Shown here: positions 22,165 through 33,459 of the stretch, one piece after another
How positions within the stretch are numbered: the first letter of the stretch is position 1
Layout: every line of letters starts with the position of its first letter
From: Selaginella moellendorffii
Taxonomy: Eukaryota > Plantae > Lycopodiophyta
Direction of reading: 5' to 3'
Length of the DNA stretch: 64,000 nucleotides
Assembly (NCBI RefSeq): GCF_000143415.4
Contig: NW_003314264.1
Location: 2,675,710 to 2,739,709, forward strand
The notes under the pieces: model-generated
The model's input: the letters and a program-made list of their open reading frames with translations, nothing else
Told to the model about the DNA's origin: nothing
Databases searched by the model: none
Position numbers and translations under genes: made by a program

Positions 22165-23559
22165 GCCACTTCCACTAACACAAGTGCTAGCGATGTCAAT
22201 GCCTCAACTACACACTTTTCTCCATCCAATAACTTACTCCAAGTGTTAATGAGTAAATCAGCAAGCCATAGCAAGTGAATGCTATAACCTTTTCCTAACA
22301 CCTCAATGGGAACCCTCAAAGAACAATGAACCAACTTAAGCTTAGCATAATGAATCACTATTGAGAATCCAATCGAAGGTACTACAATACTATTACATGC
22401 AAGTAGACTAGCTTCACTATCAACCACTTTGGGGTTGATTATCATTTAACCAAGCAACTTTGTAAACACATTACTCACAATCACATGGATATGATATAAG
22501 TATCACAATGACTTGATCATCAATTGAGCAAAGTAATGCACATGTGACTACTACAAAGGTTTATGTGAGTATCAAGTGTCAACTTGACTCGACAAAATGC
22601 AACATAAATGCCACACTCCACCGATAGAGACTTACAACATTTAACACCACTAACTTTTGTTCACAATACGGACAAGCTCATGCCACCCTCTTTCCGACCA
22701 AACTCAAAACTAATTCAACACCAAGCTACTCAAGGAGCAATAACAAGGTTCCTCAGAAAAGAATTGAGCATTGCAACCCAAGTCTTCCAATAACAAGTCT
22801 AGATAAAATGGTTTAATGCTTCACCACTATCCATCCCATGACTCACCACTTGTAAAACCACTATAACCAACATGCATCAAGGTAGGGTCTCTTGATTGCA
22901 TGATGTGAACACGGGCAATGAGTCACACTTTGTTGCAAATCATCTCTCCAAGAAGAAAACATGATTTACGTGTTTGATCCTTCGTCCCTGACGACTCTCT
23001 TTTCAGTCTCGTCTTTGACTAAACCTCAAGCTTACTTTCGCACTGCCTTCAGTCCAATCCAAGAAAAGTTTATGAGAGAGCACAACAACAATTACTTGAA
23101 TCAATAGGCTTATCCCTACAGTCTTGATTGATCCACTCTTAATCATACCTAGGAAGGATTCACTAGTGCCATGCTAAACAGCTATGGACCAACCTATTTA
23201 CCACTTATAGCAAACTTAGGGAAGGTTTATTTTCACCCACGGTACATGGAACAACTCATAGAACCACCGATAGGCTAATATTAATCCGGCCAACTCAAAG
23301 TGTAACCTTGAGTTGCTAATGTGCTTCACTCACGAGCCCAAGCGAAAACTCATACAAATGGAACAACTCAATCCATCCTATGAGCCCAAGAGCAAGCTCA
23401 CATCATAAGGTATAACAAGGTAACTAAATCCATACCCAAGGAACAATTGCGAAGCCTTTGCACCCAAACATGTACCCACTAGGATCATCATTTTCATCTC
23501 TGCATATGCAATGAGACTAATTGCCGAATCTCATTAGATAGTATTCGTTGAGACTCATC

Positions 23560-23570
23560 CTCTGATACCA
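23560..23570 (-). other. PBS (tRNA-iMet) of A
   Basis: CTCTGATACCA reads TGGTATCAGAG on the minus strand, 2 nt from the LTR. Confidence 0.9.
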
Positions 23571-23572
23571 AA

Positions 23573-24719
23573 TGTAACACACATGGTTTTTCCCCTTTAT
23601 CCTATAGTGATTTACTATAGGATAACACTATGAAGCGGAACCTAAACCCTCCATGTGCCACGTGACAAATGCCACATGTCACATGCCACGTGTCCAAAGG
23701 ATAGTGGTGTGGAACCCAAAGTTCAGGGCCTTGGGCCACTGAACAAAGGAACGGTGCTAAACTCCCAAGCATGGAGCCAAGGAGTGACAAAACCAGACCA
23801 CAGAGCAACTCCCAAACATACAGCCCAAGGAGCGAAGGGACAGGAGCCCGGAGCGACTTGGAACAGTCCTAGAGCAACTAGCATCCCTTTTCCAAGATTA
23901 GCACGCAAAACAGAGCCAAACAGAGTTTAGCGCTATTTCAGCATACTGGTGGCCTAATGCAAAGACATGGGTACTCCACCAGCTAGCATGGAATGGAACT
24001 TGGGCTTAGACCTAAGTCAAACGCAGAACAAGGACAAGCATGCAAGCAGGAGCTAGACTATGCCTTAGGTTGGTCAACCATGCCCGACCTACCTACTATT
24101 CCTACTATACATTTGGAACCCCCCACAGGCCCCCCCCCCCCTTGAGGAACACACGCTTTGGGCTTTCACCCCAAGCCTCCCTTAGTATCAGGAGTTAGTC
24201 TCTGGGACAAGCTCAAAACTTACTAAATATGGAACGGCACTAGATTGCGAATATAGACACAAGACGAACACCATTGTGTTCAAGCCAATCTCTACATTCC
24301 GTAGATATGCCAAATGAGCAAATCTAGACACTTTCCATAAATAGCATTCGGGATTAAAATGAGACTAACACAAAGGGCATGATAGCGAGGGTGTTTGGCA
24401 GACACGATAAATTATCATTTTGCAAATATTGAGGGACCAATCTCAATATCACGGGGGTTCTTGATACTAACAAGTGCAAGCCAATGATAGGAGTTTCTCA
24501 AACCAGGCCGAGTGTGCTCAGCAAAAAACACATAGGGTTCCTACCTTATGTTTATCCGATTTAAGTGCATGGTCATTAACTAGTTTCTCAACTAACTCAA
24601 GTGGGAATTAATAACGGGCCCAACAATACCGACCTCCTGCCGTCGTGGCAGTAAGGAAAGAATATCCGAAAGGACTAACCGACAAGTAACTTTCGATACC
24701 CGAAGTCACATTTGCGACA
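23573..24719 (-). repeat. 5' LTR of A
   Basis: Direct repeat of 793-1887. Confidence 0.92.
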
Positions 24720-25132
24720 CTTGATCTGAAAGACACTCTCAACCAATTCAAGGAAACCAAGAGTTACCTCATGTTGCATTTGTGGAAGCTCAAGGCTTCC
24801 TCTTCAAAGCCATGTAAGGCTGATTAGCCGCTCCATCATCTTCCTCCTCCATTCTTGAAAAACCTCCGCAAGTGAGAATTGGATTTGAGTAGGAGTAGAT
24901 AAACACACTGGCTGTGTCATTGTTATGATAGATCAGCCTAGAAACAGACTTTCTCACTCTTGGAAGTCGGTGTATAATCTCTCGAATGCTTCCAAAAGTA
25001 AAACACACACCTCCAAGAGCTCATTTTTGAAGCAGAATGCCTACCATCTCCATGCAGCATTGAATTTTGCCAGCTGGGACTGTTTTTTGGAACATGTCTG
25101 CCTGGTGTTCCATGGGGAGATGGGAAGTACAC

Positions 25133-26478
25133 TGTCATAAAGACCTGGATAAGTTACTTGAAGGTGAAAAAAGCATAAGCTGAAAGAAAGATCTTACCTC
25201 AATTGCCTGTGTGTGTGAGGTGAGTACCAGATGATTGGAATAGCTTTGAGATTTGAGCATCATGGTTTCATTGCTAGTATTTCTCCTACAGAAGGAAAAA
25301 CCAGAAAAAAAAAAAGAAGAAAACTGTTCAAGTTTAGAGCATAAGAAAGTGAATGGGATTCTCAGGAGCAAAGACACCATAAAGTGTCGCAAAAATCAAA
25401 TCAGGAAAAGAACAAAAACAGCAAGAAAGGATGCCAAGAGTTGAAGCATTCGAGAAGAAGAAAAGAAAGTAAAATGGAAGACATTAAAAGAAAGCACTGA
25501 CAAATTGATTAGATCTTGCCTCATTAAACAAGCACACTTTTGTGTCAATGACACCGCCATCTCCCACAAGAACAGCACATGGGACGCAACTCCAAGGACA
25601 GCCAAGACTACAATAGTGGTAACAAGAGTGAGGACAACATTGAAAACTCAATAGTGTTCACCATCAACACTGAGGATGCTAGAGCTCAAGCTCACGCTAG
25701 AGCCACACCTCACGAGCCACATGAAGGATTCAAGCTCCATCACCTCAGCATTTCTGCTGCTGGTGTTATAGAAGGAAGCGATTGAGAAAAGGCTGTCATC
25801 GCAGTGGAGAAAGCTATACCTTCCACCACTGCCAAACTTATAACATTGTACAATATGTTAAAATATGGAAAAATACCATTTAAATTCTGTCAAAGTGATG
25901 TTCATGTCTTCTTTCCCAAGGTTTAGGCAGCTTCTAGGTTGAGATAATTTCCTCCAATTGGGAATAGGTATCATGCTTCCATTTTGTGGAAGAAAAAAAA
26001 TCTCACCAAAAGTTTTTCATTTGTTATCTAGCGGGAAAAGAAAAACAAATGCAAACTAAACAATCACAACACAATGATTAGTATGGTGCATTGCATCAGT
26101 TTTACCACTATATTTACCCTTGCTAACTGTGCAGCTTTTGTTAGGCATCTTCTTCTTGAATGCTTCAACTCTTGGTGTCTTTTCTTCCTGTTTTTGTTCC
26201 TTTCCTGATTTGATTTTTGCGATACTTTGTGGTGTCTTTGCTCCTAAGAATCCCATTGAAGTTTTTTCACTTTCTTATGCTTTGAACTTAACAGTTTTCT
26301 TTTCTTTTCTAGTTTTTCCTTTTGCAGGAGAAATTCTGGCAATGAAACATGATGTTCAAATCTCAAAGCTATTCCAATCATTTGGTACTCACCTCACACA
26401 CACAGGCAGTTAAGGCAAGATCTTTCTTTCACGCTTTCTTCCTGCTGAAACTTTCAACTTATCCAAGTCTCTGTAACA
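25133..26478. repeat. Diverged inverted repeat, arms ~330 bp (25133-25460 and 26149-26478)
   Basis: Arms are reverse-complement alignable; both give the peptide KSQSYSNHLVLTSHTQA on opposite strands. Confidence 0.85.
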
Positions 26479-26699
26479 TAAAACTCTTTTGGCCAATATA
26501 TTTGTCTTTTGGCTCAGATTCAAAGTTTTTTGAAAACTTCACCTTGCCAACCCGCCAGCTTTTTGCTGGGCAATTTCTAGTAAATACAATAAGGGTTGTG
26601 GTGATAGTTTATTGGCATTCTTCTTGAATTTGAGCTGGTGGTCTAGAAATAGTACTCTACCACATAACCGGTTCGATTGCAATGTTTCAGATATTTTGA

Positions 26700-28145
26700 T
26701 CATTGCTGCTGCGTTTTACTGTCCCCCTCCTCTTCTTCATCTTTCTTTGCAGCCTGATCCTGGAGAGCCTCAATCACCTTCTCTAGAGCCCCTCTCGAGT
26801 TCCCCCTGTTCTGGATCAACACCTCTGCGATATCAGCAGGAGTGATCTCAACCTTGGCGATCAGCTCCTCGATCTCTCCAAATTCCTTCTCAAACTCGCC
26901 CTTCTGCGAGATCTCAAGGTGAGTCCACGCCAGCACCTTGAACGCCTCAAATCCACAGTAGCCCATCAAAATGTGAAGGTCCATCCTGCCCGACCGCAGC
27001 AGTGCGGGATCCAGATCTTCCTTGTGATTTGTCGTAAAGATGATGATCCTCTCGCTCCCGCTACAAGACCACAGCCCATCGATGAAATTCAGTAGCCCTG
27101 AGAGTGTGACCCTGCTGCTCTCTTCCTCTTTCATACCTTTCTTCCCTGGCAACGCTCCATCTTTCTCCTTGGGCTCTTCACTGGTTTCTTCCTCTGGCGC
27201 TGGCTTTCCCCTCTTCTTGAGCTCCAGCGAGCAGTCAATGTCCTCGATCACGATAATCGCCTTGTTGGAAATCCCCATGAGCAGCTTCCTCAAGTCGGCA
27301 TTGCTCTTCACCTCCGTTAGCTCCATATCATAGACATCGTACTGCGTGTAGTTCGCTATGGCAGCGATGAGTGACGACTTCCCAGTCCCCGGCGGCCCGT
27401 ACAAGAGATACCCGCGCTTCCAAGCTCTGCCAACTCTCTCAAAGAAATCCTTACCAGCCATGAAGGAATCCAGGTCCTGGACGATCTTGTTCTTGAGCTC
27501 GGGATCCAGCGCCAGGCTCGAGAACGTCGAGGCATGCTTGAAAGGCACCGATCTCCACGGCTTCTTCCTGTAACCCCAGTCGTCCGAGTTTGCTATGTTG
27601 GTGTAGAGCTGCCGGTCTTGGTTCTGGCGCTTCAAGCTCTCTCCGAGCTTGATCACTTCCCTCATGTACTCGGGCAAGAGTGTATACTTGTGCCTCCTGT
27701 GAACTTGGACAACGTACTCTCGCTGTGTTCCTCCACTTCGATCAAAATAGCTGAAACCTCCACGGTTGGAGGGTTCGGTGACGTTGAAGACCCAGGAGAA
27801 TGTGATGCCTTTGAACTTGTCCTCCACTCGCTCGCCCCTGGTGAGGTTGCAATTCGGCTTGCTGGCGTTCTTCACTCGCGTGAACTGGATCCTGTTTGCC
27901 GAGCTCTTGGTGTTGGTGTCGGTGAGGTGAGCAACGTAGAGGTCGACCAGGTCGTAGATCTCGTTGGTGTTGTTGCGGACGTACTCTGGGATTGAGAGCT
28001 CTGTCTCCCACCATAGCCAAGTTACAAACCTCTTGAGCTTGAGCTCCAGAAGGAACCAGACGTGGGGCGGAACTATCTGGTTGAGGATCATGATGAAGCC
28101 CATGAGCGAACCGAGATGGGAGAAATACCCCCCTGCCATTGCCAT
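26700..28145 (-). CDS. BCS1-like plant AAA-ATPase, intronless
   Basis: 481-aa ORF with N-terminal TM segment, WKRGYLLYGPPGTGKSS Walker A, IEDIDC Walker B, LSGLLNFIDGLWS, DPALLRSGRMD. Confidence 0.95.
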   Translation of the reverse strand: MAMAGGYFSHLGSLMGFIMILNQIVPPHVWFLLELKLKRFVTWLWWETELSIPEYVRNNTNEIYDLVDLYVAHLTDTNTKSSANRIQFTRVKNASKPNCNLTRGERVEDKFKGITFSWVFNVTEPSNRGGFSYFDRSGGTQREYVVQVHRRHKYTLLPEYMREVIKLGESLKRQNQDRQLYTNIANSDDWGYRKKPWRSVPFKHASTFSSLALDPELKNKIVQDLDSFMAGKDFFERVGRAWKRGYLLYGPPGTGKSSLIAAIANYTQYDVYDMELTEVKSNADLRKLLMGISNKAIIVIEDIDCSLELKKRGKPAPEEETSEEPKEKDGALPGKKGMKEEESSRVTLSGLLNFIDGLWSCSGSERIIIFTTNHKEDLDPALLRSGRMDLHILMGYCGFEAFKVLAWTHLEISQKGEFEKEFGEIEELIAKVEITPADIAEVLIQNRGNSRGALEKVIEALQDQAAKKDEEEEGDSKTQQQ

Positions 28146-28738
28146 CTTGCTCGTTTGCTGCTGCTGTTGCGAGAATGGGAGAACACTGACCTTGCTGCGT
28201 CACTCTTATTTTCGTGTAGATGAAGCCACAACGAAGCCAGCTCCCGCGTATTTTCTTGTAGAGAAATCTTCGTCAATCTATGCTCACGACGCGGTCAAAG
28301 GACTGTCTTTAACAATGGAATAAACGTCTACATGTCACCTGTTCCGTCCAAGATGCTGAGGCTGCACACGAAATGAACAGCCTGAGTGATGGTCGCAGGG
28401 AAGTTCCAATCTCTCGAGTCCCTCACCATTTCAATAAAATATATGGGCTTATATCATGAATATTATTTTTGTGTTGAAAATATTTCTAATAATTGTTTCA
28501 ATTATAGTATAAATAATACTATGATTATAATAAATATAGAATCTAAGTTTAACTAAACACAGGTCACATTGTTTGGACAATTTACGATCGTTCACCACAG
28601 GATGGGTTGTATATTTGAATTCCACACGAGTTTCTCGTTTCATGTATTTGTATAATTTATTGGTGGTAGATTTCAACCACACGAGTTTCTCGTGGCCAGC
28701 GTTCGATTTTAGTCGGAAGGACTGACCCATTGGAGCCC

Positions 28739-31700
28739 ATGGAGAGGGTTGTGGTGTTAGGGTTTAGTGCCTCCAAGCTCTGGGGTCCTCGATCGTCTCT
28801 CCTACGCCATGGCGCTGTGGTACTCCGGAGCCGCCGCACTTGCCCGCGCATTGGACGATGGCAATCCGCTGCGATTCCAGGCAAGTTCACGATTATCCGC
28901 AATGCATCGGTCACAAGCGTCAGAGAAGCGGCAAATCTGCAAGAAGCGTCGCCGGAGGCGGCATTCGTGCTGCTAGATGTTGAAGGAATGATGTGTGGCG
29001 GCTGTGTTGCGCGCGTCCGGGGCCAGCTGATGCAGGATTATCGAGTGGAGTCCGCGGCCGTGAATTTGCTCACGGAGACGGCAGCGGTGAAATTGCGGCC
29101 GGGTTGTGGGAAGGAGGTTGGATCAGAGCTGGCGGATCTTCTGACGGGTTCTGGATTTCCTGCGAGCCTGAGGTCCGGGAAGGGGCAAGATGATAATGCA
29201 GGCAGAAAAATCGAAGAACTCTCGAAGAAGAGGAAGGAAAGCTTGAGGAAGAGTACACAGAAGGTGGCATTTGCTTGGACATTGGTGGCTCTTTGCTGCG
29301 GAACTCATGCCACTCATCTTCTCCACTTCTATCCATTTATCCACGATTTTATGCACAGTACGTTGTTTTTCCTTCTCTTTCTCACGTTGCAATGACTGAA
29401 GTTGTGTTTTTGTGGTAGGCCCTGTGATGGAAGTCGCTCATGATCCAGTGTTTAAATGTGTTGTGGCATTGACAACCTTGCTGGGACCAGCCCGAGGTAA
29501 TCTTTGCTCCCCATTTTTAGTATTTACATTGTTTTCGGATGCTGCTTATCAGATTTGGTCGTGGATGGTGGCAAAGCCTTTCTGAAAAGGGCCCCAAACA
29601 TGAATACCTTGGTAGGATTTGGTGCATGGGCTGCATTCTCAATAAGCGCGGTACAAGAAACAAAATATGCGGTTATTAGTACTAATTTATCGTGATACAT
29701 TGCAGATGTCTCTAACAATTCCCGAGCTGAACTGGGGTGCACCTTTCTTCGATGAACCGGTGAGCTTATAGATCAGTCCGTAAACGAAGTTAAATTCTGG
29801 TACTCAGGTAATGCTACTTGGGTTCGTTTTGCTGGGACGTTCTTTGGAGGAACGTGCACGCATTCAGGCATCCAGCGATATGCAGAGACTCCTGGTAAGA
29901 ATTCTGGGTGTCGACCTCTTATTCAAGTCATAATATTTTTCGTTTGTGTAGTCTTTGATCCCCGCGAAATCAAGACTACAAGTTTCTGAACAGGCCAATG
30001 ACGAGAATTTGACAGTGGACGTTGCGACCGAACAAGTTCGTGCAGGAGATCGAGTGCTTGTATTACCAGGAGAAGTGATTCCTATTGATGTATGTTTCTG
30101 TGGTCACTGTTTTTGCCACTGACTTATTCTCCTCGTTGAGCGCATGCAGGGAACAGTTGTGATCGGAAGGAGTTCCGTCGACGAATCCACAGTTACGGGC
30201 GAACCTATGCTAATGACTAAAACAGTCGGAGACACCGTCTCGGCTGGAACAGTAAATTGGGTAAACCAAAATTTGCTACTGGTTTTTATGTTTTTTCAAA
30301 CAGTTTTATAGGATGGACCAATACAAGTAACTGCTACATGCACTGGGGCTTCGTCCTCCATTTCTAGCATAATAAAAATGGTGGAAGAAGCACAAGGTCG
30401 AGAAGCTCCTGTTCAAAGACTTGCCGATACTATTGCCGGACCTTTTGCGTTTGCGATTATGGCTTTGTCTGCATCAACCTTTTCCTTCTGGTATGATATC
30501 ATAAACGCCATTATTTGATCCAATTTTGTTATATGCTTACAGGTATTTTCTGGGAACGCATATTTTTCCGGATGTATTACTGAATGATGCTGCCGGTCCC
30601 GAGGGAAATTCCTTGCTTTTAAGTCTGAAACTTGCAATAGATGTTTTGGTAAGCATTTGCGTTATACGAGGAAGTAACCAAGGATTGATAAATATGCAGG
30701 TTGTAGCATGTCCTTGTGCTCTTGGTTTGGCTACTCCAACAGCTGTGCTTGTGGGAACATCTCTAGGTACTTAAGCCGTAGCTTCTTTACTTCGTGGCCT
30801 TATCACACAATACAGGAGCAAAGCAAGGACTCTTGCTGCGTGGTGGAGACGTTTTGGAACGTCTGCAATCTGTAAATGCCGTCGTTTTTGATAAGGTGCA
30901 CTTTCGTTGGAAGAAATATATCACTGTTTTTTTTCAGCGCAGACGGGAACTCTTACGCAGGGCCATCCCAATGTATCAACAGTGACGTCTGGAAGCAATG
31001 ATTTTGACAAAGATCGAATACTTCAACTGGCTGCTACTGTGGAACAACACTCAGTTCATCCGATTGCATCAGCTATAGTTGAGCAAGCAAACACACAAAA
31101 GCTGGAGATGCTAGTGTCGGAAGGACAGCTGACGGAGCCCGGCTATGGAGCACTAGCAAGAATCGATGGAAAGGTCGTGGCCGTTGGTCAGCCTCGCTGG
31201 GTGCAAGAATGCTGCCTTAAGCTCGACAGCATGGAAAGCACCGACGAGGTTGAGAGGAAGCTGGGAAATCTCCTGGCCGACAGACAGAGCATGGAGCAGT
31301 CTTCGACCACGGTTTACGTTGGGGTCGAAGGAGTTGGAATCGTTGGAGCGATAGCTCTCAGCGATACTCTCCGTGCCGATGCGAAAGTCACAGTTTCCAG
31401 GTACTCCGATAATGTTTTACGTGATCTCTTTAATCTGACTTGAAGCGTCTGACAGGTTACGAGACATGAAAATTCGAACTTTGATTCTCTCCGGCGACAG
31501 GAAAGAGGCAGTGGCAAGTATAGGAAGGACTCTTGGCATCGAAGGCGATTCTTTGTTTGCGCAGCTCCGACCTTCAGATAAGTCCAAGTTCATTGCGAAG
31601 CTACGAGATGGAGGCTCCATAGTCGCGATGGTACGTTACAAGAGAATTATTTCGTTTTCTTTTTCGCTAACGCAAAACAAACACAGATCGGAGATGGCGT

Positions 31701-32158
31701 TAATGATGCGCCTGCTCTAGCCAGCGCGGACGTTGGCATCGCCTTGAAACTCCAGAACAAGATCGACGCCGCCTCGGATGCAGCCTCTGTCATATTGCTC
31801 GGCAATCGCTTGTCGCAAGTAAGTATTCTTCAGTGTGAAGACTCCACTCCTGACTTGGTGATCTATCAAGGTCCTGGACGCTTTAAGCTTGAGCAAGGCG
31901 ACCATGAGCAAAGTGTACCAAAATCTAGGATGTGCTCTTGCGTATAATCTTATCGCAGTGCCTGTCGCCGCTGGAGTCTTGCTTCCCGGATATGACTTTG
32001 CACTATCGCCGTCAGCAGCAGGTTTGTTGGCATTGAGATTTCCTTTGTGGCTGAGACGAACGATGCTGTTCTTCGCAGGTGGTATGATGGCACTGAGCTC
32101 GATCTTCGTGGTCTCGAACTCCTTGCTACTGCGGCTTCATCGCCCTCCTAAACATTGA
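28739..32158 (+). CDS. PAA2: Chloroplast Cu-transporting P1B-ATPase, multi-exon
   Basis: Transit peptide, LLDVEGMMCGGCVARV HMA domain (PAA2/HMA8 type), ACPCALGLATP, DK|TGT split by an intron, HP motif, GDGVNDAP, MMALSS; many short GT-AG introns. Confidence 0.92.
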
Positions 32159-32211
32159 CTGTAGTAGTACCCGAGCGGATCACCACTGTACGTATGTGTA
32201 TCTATAACTTC

Positions 32212-33205
32212 CTATATCTTGTGGATCTCTCCATTCCACTCGGGCGGATCCAACTTCACAGGGGCAGTGTTAGTGTCGCGAAGAAGTTCTTCAAATCTAT
32301 TGCCACCACCACCAGCAGTGCTTCTAAACACTGCCTGGAGGAACGCGACTATGGCGCCGGCGGTGAAGATCCTCATGGGCTTCCGGGCCTTTCCATTCTT
32401 CCCGACGAGAGAGGTCAGCCCACCTTTCAATCCCGAGGTGGCGTCGTCGAGGAAATCGAAATGCCCGTGCTCCGGAGCCGAGAGGAGGAACGCTGGCGCG
32501 CAGCAGTCTCGAAAGAATGCCTGGGGGCCGACTCCTCGCGGCGCGCAAGCCGGGAAGAGGAAATTCTTCTTCTCGCCACCATAGCCCGCGGCGATGATCA
32601 ATACGGGGCAATTCGGCTGGAGCGAATCCTTGCGGTATCTCAGCACTGGCGGATTCGTCTGGCTCGCGCTGGAAGTCCCATCGACCGGATCGAGCGCGAT
32701 GAGAGCGGAGACGCGGCTCGGCAGTGAGCGCTTGGAGAATCCCAGGGCGAGAGAGAAGGCGACTTTACCCCCGCGGCTGTGGCCAGCGATGGCGAGCTTC
32801 GTTGCGTCGGCTCTCACTCCATCCGCCGGTAGAAATCTGTGAAGATTTCCCGGAATCCAGCTGATAATTGCCGCCGCGTCTTCTATCTCTGGACTGGCAT
32901 CGGGCCCGGCAAAGCGATACATCTGATGAGAGAAGATTTTCGCGATAAGATTTCCAGAGCGATCGATCGTGTACCTGTGGCGCGACGACGATGAATCCGT
33001 GGGACGCAATGTGACGCATCAGCTGGCGGTAGAAGAGATTGCTGAGGCAGAAGCCATGGAAGAGGATCAGGACTGGAAAGCCGTCGGCTGGCGCCGGATT
33101 GGAAGGCGCTGCTACCAGCAATGGCTTCGGCGGCGGGCATTCTTCTCCTTTCTCCCCGATCGTCACGCTAAGAACCCTAGAGACGCCATCTTCGAACACA
33201 TCCAT
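32212..33205 (-). CDS. CLH: Chlorophyllase (2 exons; intron 32923-32974)
   Basis: PPKPLLV..FPVLILFHGF..YRQLMRHIASHGFIVVAPQ, GHSRGGK nucleophile, LDPVDG, CAP, GHFDFLDD. Confidence 0.93.
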
Positions 33206-33459
33206 TGTCTCTCTCTCCCTCTATCCCACTCTCCTCTCTCTCCTATATGGCGCTTTTGCCACGTTTCTATGACACGTAGATGTCCAGTCACGCACACGTG
33301 TAGGTGTGACAGGTGGCAGTCCGAGAAGAAAGCGCGTGAAATAGTTAAGGGCATTGGCGCGGAGTTGCTTCTCGCTACCGATTCTAGGGCAGGAACAGTA
33401 GAATTGAAGTGGTCTCTAGCTGGAATGCGGGCGAGATAGGCGCTGTCGATCGGCCAAAG

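Larger units (their letters stand above)
793..24719 (-). mobile_element. LTR retrotransposon A (old, degenerate internal region), host of three nested insertions
   Basis: Two ~1.1-kb direct repeats with TG...CA ends (793-1887, 23573-24719). 5-bp TSD CTTGA at 788-792 and 24720-24724. Minus-strand tRNA-iMet PBS and PPT. No intact ORF in the ~5 kb of its own internal sequence. Confidence 0.93.

Noticed and set aside
28622-28694. Repeated CCACACGAGTTTCTCGT palindrome upstream of PAA2
   Set aside because: Only two short copies; no TIR/TSD or known motif support.
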